A stretch of 63,122 nt of DNA, filler included, from Reticulomyxa filosa (Eukaryota; Protista; Foraminifera), in the NCBI GenBank assembly GCA_000512085.1. It is 10 parts of 10 records of this genome, joined end to end, with 100 filler letters (N's around TTAATTAATTAA, not from the genome) between each part and the next. Parts side by side here need not be neighbours in the genome. Positions count along the whole stretch, not along the records: positions 13,447 to 16,883 come from ASPP01009407.1; positions 16,984 to 21,458 come from ASPP01038931.1; positions 21,559 to 23,847 come from ASPP01010780.1; positions 23,948 to 27,977 come from ASPP01029404.1; 6 more parts are not named here. One strand, 5' to 3'. A model generated the notes under the pieces. That model saw nothing but the letters and a program-made list of their open reading frames with translations, was not told the origin of the DNA and searched no databases. A program made the translations under genes and the position numbers. Within the stretch, counting starts at the first letter, position 1. Each line of letters starts with the position of its first letter. Shown piece after piece: positions 13,524-25,874 of this stretch.

Positions 13524-14312
13524 TTACACGTAACGGACATATCCTGAATAGCTTGCGCCGTCGCAATATCGCATGTACACACTATTCCAGTTATACATGA
13601 CCGAATTGACACTCTTCTCCGTGGAAAAATATCCATCATTATTAAACATATACGGAGTGTCATACAACGTACTGCCCAATCGATTCAGACTTCGACTGTA
13701 ACAGGTGTCCATTGATGCGGATACAATCTCGTCCAATCCTGCACACCTGTTCATCATTTTTTTTTTTTAAATCTTTGTGTATATACATGTACATATACAT
13801 ATATGTATATGTGTATATATGTATATGCATATATGCATATATGCATATATGCATATATACACATTTTTCATTTGTTATTGTGGAGATATTATGTCGTACA
13901 GTTCCTCATTGAACTTGACACTACTTTTTGTTCTTTTATGCTACATACCATCCGCCGCCTATGTTTAGTTTTGATTTTTTACTGACCCTTTGCAAACAGT
14001 GAGGACTGAAAGAGATGCCAGTGCAACGCAGACAACCCTACCTTCAAGGTAAATAAAAAATTGATTTGTTCCATCGTTCCCCGTTTCCGTGTCGACAAAC
14101 CCTGGACGGAAGTAAAAGTCTGGGGGGCTTCCGTCCAAACACGCCGCTCCAAACGACTCTTGTGAGGAAATCATTTTCACTTGGTAAAAACCATTCTCTT
14201 GGGCAGTGTCGCACCAATGAAAAGTATTATCACAAGCCTTTTCTACTGAGCAAAGCGTTAACCCGACACGCACGTTAAATGCGGCCAATGCTAGTGCAGC
14301 CAGACTCTTCAT
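13524..14312 (-). CDS. Pectinacetylesterase/Notum-family secreted hydrolase, 5' part (truncated by the contig end)
   Basis: Signal-peptide-like MKSLAALALAAF; GAACLDGSPP.FYFRPG, FFIYLEGGGWC (joined through a 10-nt exon), CYSRS..RLGS, NWNSVYMRYCDGASYSG. Confidence 0.88.
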
Positions 14313-14700
14313 TTCCCGAATGTTCTAGCCTCTTTTCGCTCCTTGGAAAAAAAGGAACCCACACTGTTTCTTTTGTAACGGGTCGTCAAAAAAAAGTAAC
14401 TTTTGTCTCTAAATATTCAATTTATGATATTTGATCTACTTGTGGTGATTTTGTAAATTAACTCCCACAAATTATTATCATATAACTTTTGACTGAAAAA
14501 ATTTTATAATTGGACTTTTTCTACATTATTAGAGAGTAATAAAATTTTGTAAATGAAAAAGTCATTCTTTCGACTAGTAACATAAGAGAAGGAGCAAAAC
14601 AAAGACATATTTCTTTGTGCGCTCGTCAAAAGAAAGAAAAAAATCAAGGGGAAATTGAAGCGGCTTTTTCATCAAATTATTTATATAAAACAACTTGGAA

Positions 14701-14955
14701 ATGAGTAAAGGAAGCACAAGCGCAAGTTCAGCTATAGTTGGTGTAAAAGCGAACTACTACTACAAAGATAAGGAGGAAAAGAAAGGATGTATAAACTTTA
14801 CAAAACCAAGCAGCGGAGACGACAACACAGATATCGATATCCTCTTAACAGCAGTTGAAGAATCATTGGAGGCAACTAACGTGTTTTTAACCAACGAAAT
14901 TGAGAATTTCAAAGATCCTTATGCTCCACCTGTCAAGAAAGCAAAATTAACATAA
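14701..14955 (+). CDS. Small protein (84 aa), possible KEOPS/EKC subunit Gon7-like
   Basis: Clean single-exon ORF; N-terminal KANY strand, helix ending ATNVFLTNEIE, basic tail PPVKKAKLT. The family call rests on remembered resemblance only. Confidence 0.5.
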   Translation: MSKGSTSASSAIVGVKANYYYKDKEEKKGCINFTKPSSGDDNTDIDILLTAVEESLEATNVFLTNEIENFKDPYAPPVKKAKLT

Positions 14956-15763
14956 TAATCTTTGCATGAAATTAATTCAGCGTTTCATATAGTACAAGTG
15001 ATTTTCATCTTTTCTATTCATTTTAAAATCATTTTTTAAAAAATTAAGTGCCAAAAACTACACTAGATTTGAAACACTTTCTCTAATACAAAGCTTTTTT
15101 CAAAGCAAAATTATACCATTTATTTTAGTAATCAATATACACGGCAGAATTAGTTCGAGAAAACATTAAATTATTTCAACTATATTGAAAATGGACGCAA
15201 ATTTGTTTTCAGAAAAAAATTATCAAACACGCCTGGCTTAAAAAAAGTGGCCACCCGCTTTGTCTGCTGCTTACAAGTACTTTGTCAGTCAGAAAACAAA
15301 ATTTCGTCCAACAATAACAAAAATCTACACAAAGATTTTGCGAAAAAAAGTAACGACACAGTGTTTTCTAACAATTCACAAGATTAATTTTGAAATTATA
15401 CTCCCGGTCTACCCCTTGGTGCACTTTACCTAAAGTGGGTGTTTCCAGCCTTGTGTTGAAGATTTGTTTGTGTGTTTAATTCGTTTAAGCAAATAAAACG
15501 ATAGTTTAAGGAAAAAGTCACATAATACCGGAAGTTGTAAAGAGATTTAAGATTTCTGTTTTGGGAACCTCTTGTGGGACATTGAGTTCAAGCGCCAAAA
15601 ACCAACAACTTAAACTTTGTGCAGTTTTTTTTTTTTTTTTTTTTAGTTTTAATTGGCGCTGACCATAGTGTTAGCATAAAGAGAAAGGATATTTCCACAT
15701 TTCTTATATAGACAGTATTACGCGCAGGACTGTACACCAAATGACGGTCAACTGCCAGTCCAA

Positions 15764-16800
15764 ATGGTGTTGCCAAACCAAGGAGTAGTATATTACCACC
15801 CTGCACCAATGCATTATCCAGTATACGCAAATGGACTTTCCCCTGAACAGCTCCAACAAGTGCAAGCACAGCCCCATCATCATCATCAGCATCAGCCACA
15901 GCACAATCAACCACCATACCATCAGCGATCACAACAGCAACAAACAATGAAGCAATACGTGAACAGCGTATCCCAGCAGGGAACCGGTTATCATACTACG
16001 AACAACAATAATAATTATAGTAATAATAATAACAATAACAAAGTGGTGGTGACAACACAAGCGCTAGCCTCGAATGAAAACGACGCGAGTAAAAAAAAGA
16101 ATGAAGAATCGGCTGGAAGCATTGGGAAACTAAGTTTGAAAATAGACGAAGAAACGAGTATACGTCCCCGATTTAGTGATTATTATATGTGCGGAGATCG
16201 ATTGGGAAGTGGTACGTTTGCAATTGTGAAAAAATGCTACCGCAAAAACGCAAATCGCCAGGTGTTTGCGGTGAAAATAATTGATAAAAAAAACCTGACG
16301 GCGAGAGAGTTGGTAGGGTTGAAATATGAAACAAAGGTATTGCAAACGATGGAACACCCGTCGATTATCAAGGCGGTGGATGTGTTTGAGAACAAACGTA
16401 CGGTGAAGATTGTTTTGGAAATCTGCGAAGGAGGTGATCTGTTCGATCAAATGTTGAAAGAGAAAGATAAGCGATTGGAGGAACATAAAGCGGCGTGGTT
16501 GATTTGTAGGATTGCCAGAGCATTGAAGTATCTGCACGAACATTACGTATGTCACCGCGATTTGAAACCAGAAAATATTTTGTTTACCAAAGAGGGACAC
16601 GTGAAAATTAGCGATTTTGGATTGGCGCATTACTTGAAGTTACCTCCCCATTTACACATTATGCACACCTGCTGCGGCACTCCTCATTACGTCGCCCCAG
16701 AAGTCTTGGGATCAGACGAGTATGGTGTTCAGGTGGATTTTTGGAGCTTGGGTGTCATTTTGTATATTATGTTATCTGGCTACCAACCATTCAATTCCAA
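15764..16800 (+). CDS. CaMK1-like Ser/Thr kinase with Q/H/N-rich N-terminus; 3' truncated, upstream exons possible
   Basis: LGSGTFAIV, FAVKII, HRDLKPEN, DFGLA, CGTPHYVAPE, VDFWSLGVILYIMLSGYQPF. Confidence 0.93.
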
Positions 16801-16883
16801 GTTTTTTTTTTTTTTTTTTTTTGGTGAAGCTGCAGAACCAACTTCTTTTTTTTCCTCCTCTCTTTTTTTTTTTCAAACAAAAA

Positions 16884-16983
16884 NNNNNNNNNNNNNNNNN
16901 NNNNNNNNNNNNNNNNNNNNNNNNNNNTTAATTAATTAANNNNNNNNNNNNNNNNNNNNNNNNNNNNNNNNNNNNNNNNNNNN
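16884..16983. other. Artificial contig linker
   Basis: N44-TTAATTAATTAA-N44. Confidence 0.98.
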
Positions 16984-17126
16984 TAACATATGATCGATCA
17001 TCAATTATGAATCAATATCAAAATATTTCAGATTATTCTTCTTTGGTGATTGATGGAAAGTTAAAACTTTTTCCTGATCATGCTTTGCGACAAAAAATCC
17101 AACAATTTTTTGAAAATTCAAAATAA
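16984..17126 (+). CDS. 3' end of a U-box domain protein (rest is off the contig)
   Basis: Manual translation TYDRSSIMNQYQNISDYSSLVIDGKLKLFPDHALRQKIQQFFENSK* fits the second half of a U-box (TY[DE]R..I ... L.P...L+..I..F). Confidence 0.7.
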
Positions 17127-17469
17127 TTTTCTTTTTTTGTGTGCACAATTTTTTGTTTTCAAATTTTGTGGAGAAAGACATTTACTTTATTGAAATCGTG
17201 CATTATTTGATTTTTTTCTTCCATACAATTTGAAATGGGAAAAATGAAAAAAAAAAAAAGTAAATGCAGTACTTTATCATACTATAGATCAAATAAATTG
17301 CTTTGTCGCTTTTTAACACTTGATTGAAATTAAACAAAATCAAAGCGTGCAATATTCACTTTTGGATGAAAGAATGGCATTATTTTTAATGCAATAATTA
17401 CTGGATCGCAAACAAACATTTTGTGAGACTCCGTTAATGAAATGAAAATGAGAACTCAGTTACTGCTTT

Positions 17470-17980
17470 TCCTTTAAAAATTAGTTAATTCTGTCGCAAA
17501 GCAAGGTTTGTCGTCAATTTCAACTCCATTCTCAAAGAGAGCTGAAGCATTAGCAAGTTGACGAGCTTTGAACACAATTGATTTGCGGTCATAAGTGACC
17601 CCATTTCGAGCAATAACAGGGTCCTTCATAATATATTTGAAAATTCATCACAGACCCTTACTTGTGGGAACAGCGAGTGTGACTAAGTGTATACGAGCCG
17701 AACACAGCGGCGCACAGGTACATTTTAAGATATATATCAAACTAATAAAGCACATTTTAGATGTAAAATTACAATTTTCTGAATTCTAGTTGTCTTGTTT
17801 CATTATTTTCCTTTTGCAACAACTTTTCTCTTTTTCTCATAAAGCAGAGTATTTCTAAATTTTCAATGTTGTGGGTCTGAACTTTGTGCCATTTTTTTCA
17901 CTTTCCTTTTGTTCCAATGATTTCAGCAATTGCTGAAGGTCACCACCTAATTCAATCAATGTCTTCAATAATTTAGCCAA
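17470..17980 (-). pseudogene. Degraded U-box gene
   Basis: Minus strand reads KYIMKDPVIARNGVTYDRKSI (about 17575-17640); the upstream frame is broken by stops and frameshifts. Confidence 0.55.
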
Positions 17981-18680
17981 AAAAGAGCGGATACGAGATA
18001 AATACAATTTAAAAATTTCGCCGAAAGCTCATAAACAAAAAAAACTTAGCGTTAAAAAAAAACACGTGCTGTACTTAATACTTGGCTTCATTATTCAATG
18101 CCAATGTAATCTTTGAAACGTCTTATATGTTAATCCATAGACTTTCCCTATCTTAAATAATTTTTTAAGAAAATGTTATTAACGATATAACTTTTTCACC
18201 AAATATGTTAACCTTTCTCATAATAAATGCATTGTATCAGGTTTACATTATGATATACTAGATTAATAGATGTAAGTTATCATAGACTAGAAATTACAAA
18301 AAAAGTCAGAGACCTTGCACATTTTTCACCTAATGGAAATATTATCATATTTTGCTCATGCAATAAAATGAACTAATTACCATTCATTCTATTTGAATGT
18401 TTGCCAACTATGCATCAACCCACTTTCATTTTCAAAATTTTTGATTGAATGAACTTTTGATCAAATCAATTGTAAAAGTGCAAGGAAATTGACGGCCAAA
18501 AAAAACAACGTACAGTTAGAACTTCAAATCGCCCTTTTTTTGAAAAAATCTTGGGAATTGATTGGATAAGAAGGCAATTGCAAAAGTATCCACAGCAATA
18601 TCGTTTCTAACATTATTTGTTCTTAAACTTTTGGGAAACTGACAACACTTATTTTCAAAAAAAAAAATTTTGAAAAGAAA

Positions 18681-19610
18681 ATGAAACAAAATTCGAGACC
18701 AAGAATGGACCCAAGAACGGAAGGGATTGTGCATAGCATAGCGGGTGGTGGAGCAGTGGTATTAGAGACGTTGTTAAATTACCCGTTGGACACACTGAAA
18801 ACCAGATACCAACTAATAAAAAGCACTTCATGTATGGAGTCACCATCCTTGCATAAATTGATGAGCTCAATGATCAAAAACGAAGGATTGATAAGCTTGT
18901 ACCGTGGACTCCCTTCTGCACTGGCAATGCAAGTACCAAGGGGTGTTGTAAAATTTGGGACCAATTATTATATCCAACACGTATCTTATAATTGGCTAGT
19001 GCGCAAGGAAGGTGTAAACAGCCATGTAATGAATGCCCTCAGTGGATTGATGACCGGTATCATTGATGGAATCATTGTGTGTCCATTTGAATACGTCAAA
19101 GTAAGAATGCAATCAAGTGACTACAGGTATACGTACCGCAACTGCCTCCAATGTTTGTTGGAGCCCAGAAATTATCGACACGTATGGAACGGATTGGAGT
19201 GTACCCTTTGGAGAAATGGACTTTGGCATATGACATATTTTGGTTTATTGCAAAGGCAAAAACAAAGCAATGATCGCTTTGTGAAAAATAAGTGGCATGA
19301 CTTTGCCATCGGCTGCGCCGGTGGTGGACTAGGCTCCGTTTTTAGCAGTCCCTTTGATGTTTGCAAATCTCGAATCCAAAACATGCCCACACAGACTCTG
19401 CCAAAGCAGCAGATCCCCTGGGCCCTCGGCATGGTTTATACCCTAAGCCGTACCGAGGGCGTCTCTTCATTGTATCGAGGCTTTGTCCCCAAGTTCCTTC
19501 GCTTGGCCCTTGGAGGAGGTGTGCTAATGCTTTCTTTTGAGTATATTTTGAACGGTTTTGAAACTGTCTATTGGTTCACTGCCGGGCATGTTCGAGAGCC
19601 TTCTTTTTAG
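18681..19610 (+). CDS. Mitochondrial carrier (SLC25), probably 2-oxodicarboxylate carrier-like; intronless
   Basis: Three Px[DE]xxKxR signatures (PLDTLKTR, PFEYVKVR, PFDVCKSR), EG..SLYRG motifs, 309 aa. Confidence 0.93.
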   Translation: MKQNSRPRMDPRTEGIVHSIAGGGAVVLETLLNYPLDTLKTRYQLIKSTSCMESPSLHKLMSSMIKNEGLISLYRGLPSALAMQVPRGVVKFGTNYYIQHVSYNWLVRKEGVNSHVMNALSGLMTGIIDGIIVCPFEYVKVRMQSSDYRYTYRNCLQCLLEPRNYRHVWNGLECTLWRNGLWHMTYFGLLQRQKQSNDRFVKNKWHDFAIGCAGGGLGSVFSSPFDVCKSRIQNMPTQTLPKQQIPWALGMVYTLSRTEGVSSLYRGFVPKFLRLALGGGVLMLSFEYILNGFETVYWFTAGHVREPSF

Positions 19611-21458
19611 GTTGTTTCCTCTCTTTTTTTTTTTGATTAATTTTTTGTGGGATCGAAGTTGTCATATTTTGCAGGGATTTTTTTTTTTTTGAGCTCCTGT
19701 AAGGACGTTGGAGCCATACTGAATTTTATATAATAATTATTCGAATTGTAATTACTAAAAGAGCAGAATTTTTAAATTATTGATTTTCATCTCCTATATT
19801 TTCTTCGTTCCCAAGATTATCTTATTTTCCCCTTAAAACCTGGTAAATAAATTAAAAAAAGTACACAAAAAAAGGAGTCGGCCGAATAAATTTCTTTTTT
19901 TGTTTAAATGACTGTTATTTTTACCCAAAAAAAAAGATTTGGAGGAAATGGCGAAAAAAATAACAACAAGTTATTATTTGTTGTATATTTTTTTATAATA
20001 TTCAAAATTGTTCATTTGTTCAAACAAAACAAAAAAATAATTGAATATGATCATAATTATTTTAAAACCTTGACTTTTTTCATATGGTGGTGTATTCACT
20101 TCTATCATTTCTGCTTCGTAATGCTTGGCGGTATCGAATATAATTCAGTTGTCAAGCAGCAACATTATATACTGTTCAAAATGGATCGCCATTTGTTGAT
20201 AAAGACAAAGAGAGATGGGCAAACGAATAAATAAAAAAATTGCAAATCTAACTTGTTTTCAACTAAATAATGCAAACTATACGCTGTAAATAAAGTTGTT
20301 TATGTTTCAAAGAGATTTGACTGATTAGTTCTTTTATTCAATTATATGCAATGTTTGTTAGATAATAAAGGGACAGTAGTATCAACTCACATGAAGACTA
20401 AAGTGTGTATATGTGATCATTCAGAGTTGGTAATGATTTGTGAAATTTATGCGTTAGCCATTTAAGTCAGACATTTAAATATCAAACGTCAATGTCTTTA
20501 TGAAGAAATACTAACTCCGAATTGATTTTATGCTTTCAATTGCTTTGATATTCTGAAAACAAAGACATATTATTCAATTATTGATTGTCAGAATTGAGTA
20601 ACAATACACAAAACTCTTTTTAAACATAATGTCCGTTGTCTAACTTCATACACGAAAAGATGATGAAGAGGAGTACTGAAATTTAACAAAAAAACAACAC
20701 CAACTCCAATGGGATTTGATATTATGATAAAATAATTGCAAAGTAATTAACATACGAAAAAAAATCCCCCAAAATGAACTGACACAAAAAATTACAATCA
20801 AATTGTAATTTTTTCTTTATAAAATTGAACAATTTTAAGACTAATTTTCTTTTAAATTGAAATTATTCCTATAATTTGCAAACAAATTTTTTCAATTTTT
20901 TGAAAAAATTAAAAATGGTCATACATTCTCCTTGTACCAACTTAGAACAACATAAATCTGTTGAAAATTCAATGCAGTGATGTTTATGTCCCAAGTTATG
21001 TCTCTACAAATGTATTCAAAATTATCATCAACAAACAATTAGAAATAATTTCATATTATCATATTCTAGCAATAAAAAACTAAACATAATTTTTTTCCGA
21101 TAAAAAATTTGATTCACATAATAATATGGTAATATTATGTATGTTTATTTCATTTATGTGTGCAATCAATTGAAAAACATATAAAATTAAGTTCAATTGG
21201 CTACAAAAAATTTTGGTATATCCAAGATTTTCCAAATTCAGAAATATTAGCAAACAGTTTTTGTTGTCAGTACTTAAGGACCAACAACAAAAAATTCCCC
21301 TTTTCTTTGAAAAAGAAAAATGTTCGAAGAAGCGTTTTTCAAAAGCTTGTTGGAAGAGTGTATCTCCTCCTTTCTCCCTTCTTCTAAAAGTAAAAACGAT
21401 GATACAGAGAACTTGGTGAGAATGAGCCAGAGCAAACACTCCCTGGAGTATGTCCAGG

Positions 21459-21558
21459 NNNNNNNNNNNNNNNNNNNNNNNNNNNNNNNNNNNNNNNNNN
21501 NNTTAATTAATTAANNNNNNNNNNNNNNNNNNNNNNNNNNNNNNNNNNNNNNNNNNNN
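21459..21558. other. Artificial contig linker
   Basis: N44-TTAATTAATTAA-N44. Confidence 0.98.
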
Positions 21559-21615
21559 TATTATTATTATTATTATTATTATTGTTATCATTATTAATTA
21601 TCACTCTTTTAAAAA

Positions 21616-22650
21616 TTAAAACCAAAAAAAAAAAAAAAAAAAACCAAAAACAAAGACAAAATAACAAAAACAATAACCCCCATGAAGTGCATTAAATTTC
21701 CACGTGGCTTGATTTGCTGGAGTACATGAAAAAGTGAAGTTGTCCAAGGGATGTAACGAAGCTAGATTAGACACGGAGCAATCCGTTAATATTGGCAGAT
21801 TATCCATACTCAAATTCAACAGCTGTGGAAATGTACTTTGTACATATGTATAAGTGTGCGTCCATATTTATATAGTACGTAATAGTGTTAACCTCCCTCT
21901 CCCCCCCCCCTTTCTCTCTTTCTCAATTAAAAAAAAAAAAAAAAAGTGCAAAAACTCTTGAAAAAGCAAAAGAGGATCTTGAATGGTCATGGACAAGGTG
22001 TATTTTGTGTTGGGTTGAAAGAACCACGTGCCGGAACGTTGGTCGGGACAATAGTGCAAATGAATGGTACGAATGGACGGCCACACCACCTGGACATTCA
22101 CAGTATATCCAGTGTCTTCTGGAAAGAGAACAACCGGCGATTTCACAGTACTGGCCAATACTGGCAACAATTGCTCCGCGCTGTTCCAAATGTTCCCATT
22201 GCCGTCGTCCCATGTCCATATGAAACATGTCGCACAGTCGACTGGGAGTTGCACAATTGCACTCGAATTTATGTGCACTTCAAACGACATTTCGATACGT
22301 CCGAAAGGATCCAAATTGTCCACCGAAAAACGCTCTTGGTTGTTCACTGTTATTTCTTTCAATTGTACTGAAATCCCTGATTCTGACCATTGAACCGCAA
22401 ATGGGGATTGCGATGTTCCATCACTTCCTATTTTACATTTCACCCCCCATCCCAACATCGGAGTCAATTCAATATAATTAGTTATGCAAAATACCAAGTT
22501 TTTGGACTTTTCCGAAGCTTTACGCTCATATACTTATAAAGTTGTGCAAAAACGTTCATGACACAAAAGAAAAAGTCACACTTCATCACCAGAAGAGGCT
22601 TGGATTCCATAAATCACTGCCACACAATATACTAGCAATCTACCCAACAT
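21616..22650 (-). CDS. Unknown secreted or surface protein, multi-exon, 3' truncated
   Basis: ATG at 22650 gives signal-peptide-like MLGRLLVYCVAVIYGIQASS; a phase-1 intron joins it to the beta-rich ORF 22497-21960; a further exon lies near 21830-21680. Confidence 0.55.
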
Positions 22651-23411
22651 TTTTTACTCTTTCTTTTCTTAGAAAATTTTGGTACAACAAATTTCTCTGG
22701 GAATCCTCGAAAGTTTTGTTGTGTACATGAATTTCTTTAGTTCGTCAAGCAGCTTTTTAAAATTACAGATAAAAATGTATAGTTTCTTTACATAGCAATT
22801 CCATTTTCTTAAGAACATAGCAAACATTGAATTCATGGCCGTCAGTGATGGCACGCAAACATTTTACAAAGAGCAACTATAACCATATAACTCACTAAAT
22901 AATAATACATAACTATTAATAGCAAAAAATACAACAATAGAGTGCAAAATAGATTACAAAACTGAAACCCTAAAATGTCACCTATAAAATTTTCATTTTC
23001 AAAATACAAATCAAATTGAGTACTTATTTTATATTGTTTTATTGTAGATGAACTCTTTTTTGCTTTTTTTTATTTAAAGTTTTGCAATTGTTTAATGCAC
23101 TTTTTTCCTTAAAATGAATATTTTGTGTTAAAAAAATATTGCTCTTTTTTCCTTTTGATTATGCTGATGCACATGCAATACGCCAAGATACATTTTATCT
23201 GTTTCAAACACAAATTCTATTTACAAAAAAATTAAAGCAAAAAATCAATCAAATTCAAAACAAATAAAAATTACTAAACAAAATTTTCTGCTAATATTAA
23301 AAAATAACTGGTTAAATTTTGTTTTTCCATTGAAAAAATTTACCGTCTCATTTCCATTTATTTATTTATTTTTCCTTCCTTTCTTTAATTGTTTGTATCA
23401 ATAGTTTTCAA

Positions 23412-23847
23412 ATGGAACAAACTGATAGTTTATTCAACACAAGAGAACTACCTTTCAAAAAAAATGCAATAACAAAACCAAAAAGAAGACATGAACTCAA
23501 TTTTCTTTACGATTTCAGTGCGACAGCATTGTCACTTGTAGATATTATAACAGACATGCTTGTGGTGCATCGATTTTGGACGAGTGGACGCACAGCGTTC
23601 TTCAGCGTGTCTGTAGTGATGTGGATTTTCACACAAGAGAGTATAGAATGGTTGTTTTGTTTTGTTTCATAAAGTTTTGTTAATCCATACACCTTTTGCC
23701 GACATGCAATTACCATTCTGTAATTCTTGCTCATAACGGCAATCGAAATAATTTTTTAATGTTCCAATTTGGTCATGGCAAACGAATAACTGTCTAAAAA
23801 AACTTACTTCAAAGAGGGAGCGTAAGCTCCTTTTTTTTTTTTTTTTT
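23412..23847 (+). CDS. Membrane protein with XK-related-like first helices; truncated
   Basis: ALSLVDIITDMLVVHRFWTSGRTAFFSVSVVMW resembles the D..TD..v...y...g...ff pattern of XK-related TM1-TM2. Confidence 0.45.
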
Positions 23848-23947
23848 NNNNNNNNNNNNNNNNNNNNNNNNNNNNNNNNNNNNNNNNNNNNTTAATTAAT
23901 TAANNNNNNNNNNNNNNNNNNNNNNNNNNNNNNNNNNNNNNNNNNNN
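23848..23947. other. Artificial contig linker
   Basis: N44-TTAATTAATTAA-N44. Confidence 0.98.
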
Positions 23948-24522
23948 TGGGAGCGAAACATTTGTTTGATGACGTAGAAGAAACTTTTGAGCATTAATCA
24001 GTTTCTTTGAATAAAATATTGAAGAAAAAAAAAATGAATATGCTGATAAATTTTTGATTACTGTAATAAATTGATACGGATGGACAAAAGGGCTTCACTT
24101 TTCGCGGTCTGCAAATACCAACAAGGGCATTGCAGAGTTGTCCAAATCACTCACACTCATCCCAATTAATTCAATGGAGATAGAAACATAGACATTGGCT
24201 TAAATGTTAAATAACGAACCACAAAAAAATTAGTGATAATAATAAAAATTTAAAACAGAAATATCCATTTTGAAAAAATATTGGAAACATTACTGCAATT
24301 GCTTTCAATGTTATTACAAAAACATCAGAGAAACATTAATATGTCAAAGCAAGTTTCTGTTGAATAATTTACTGTAATGTCTAACATAGCTAGTCTTAAT
24401 TTGCTCACCATCAAATGTTATTTGATTTAAAGACAAAAATTTACCAAACAACATCCCAAATTTAAAAATGGAAATAAACACATTTTATCCATGCCTTTTC
24501 ACTTTGCAAAAACTTATATGTG

Positions 24523-25874
24523 TTATCCATAAACACGTATTGGACCTTTGTCTGAACCATAATATAAATTAACGCAACAATTGCCATTTGTTTTTTGTTT
24601 ATTGTTTCTTTTCTTTTTCAATAATACAAATTTAAAACATATTATTCCATAGTCTTCTTTCTCATTTCCTTTGATTACATGCAATTGATTCTTATTTGAT
24701 CGAACATCCCAAAAACAAACTGTATTATCATATGATCCTGAACATATCACGTTTGAACTACAACCAATTTTTTCATTGTCTATCACAAATGGTGAATATT
24801 CAACAGTGTACACAGTATATTTATGTCCATTGAACACTTGGATTTGTTGACCAGATCGAATATCCCACAAACGAACACTTTTATCATATGATCCAGATAA
24901 TAATGTATTTAATAATTCATTTGAGCCATATTTAACACATCTCACTGTACCTTGATGTCCTTTGATTACAATGAGTTCTTTAGGTGTTTCAATATCCCAT
25001 ATACGAATGCTTTTATCCCATGATCCAGAACAAATTGTATATCCATTCCCACCAATATTATTCATTTTATTATTATTATCATCTTTGTTATTGCTTCGTA
25101 ATGGTGAAATATCCACACACGCAACACCATCTTCATGTCCATTGAAAACATATAATGATTCATATGTTTCAATATCCCATAAACGAATTGTTTTGTCATA
25201 TGATCCAGAACACAAATATCTACCACCACTAAATGGTGAAAATTGAATGCCATAAACATAACTTGTGTGTTCATTGAATATTTGCAATTGTTGATTACAT
25301 TTGATATCCCAAAAACGAATAGTTTTGTCTTCTGATGAAGAACAGATGACATTACGACAATGATTATTGTAGTGATATGACGAAAATTTCACACAATTCA
25401 CACTATTTGAATGTGTATTGAATGTTTGTTTGTTGTTTTCAACATCCCATACACGAACTGTATTATCATCTGATCCAGAACAAAGCAGCTGTCTACCATC
25501 AAATATTGAGTAATCAATACTATTTACACGCTTTGTGTGTCCATGGAGTGTTTTAAGTAATTTAGAAGACGAACGGAAGATATCAAATATGAAGATATTA
25601 ATAGCCTGTGATTATAGATAAACATTTCACTTTTTTTGTTTTACATTTTAAAAAAAAACAAAAGAACATAACATATTTGATAATAATTTGATCAAAATCA
25701 TGGATCCATCCTAATTTTATTTTTAATATTCGGATCCAATGTTGAATAATTAATGGAATCTCTTCTTCTTTTGGCTAGTTCAATCACAAATTACATACAA
25801 TTACTACCAAAAGACAAACAAGCTAAAATGAAGCTTACTGGCTGTAGTTGCATTGATATCTCTGAGGCAGTCAT
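24523..25874 (-). CDS. Lineage-expanded WD40 protein (family A) with the N-terminal W.R/GW..DF exon module; 3 exons
   Basis: Exon 1 MTASEISMQLQP, exon 2 25774-25673 PKEEEIPLIIQHWIRILKIKLGWIHDFDQIIIKY, exon 3 with repeated GH...CSGS.D.T/SIR.WD units ending GPIRVYG*. Confidence 0.9.

Noticed and set aside
21320-21458. Possible gene start MFEEAFFKSLLEEC at the contig end
   Set aside because: Only 46 codons before the gap, with no recognisable motif.
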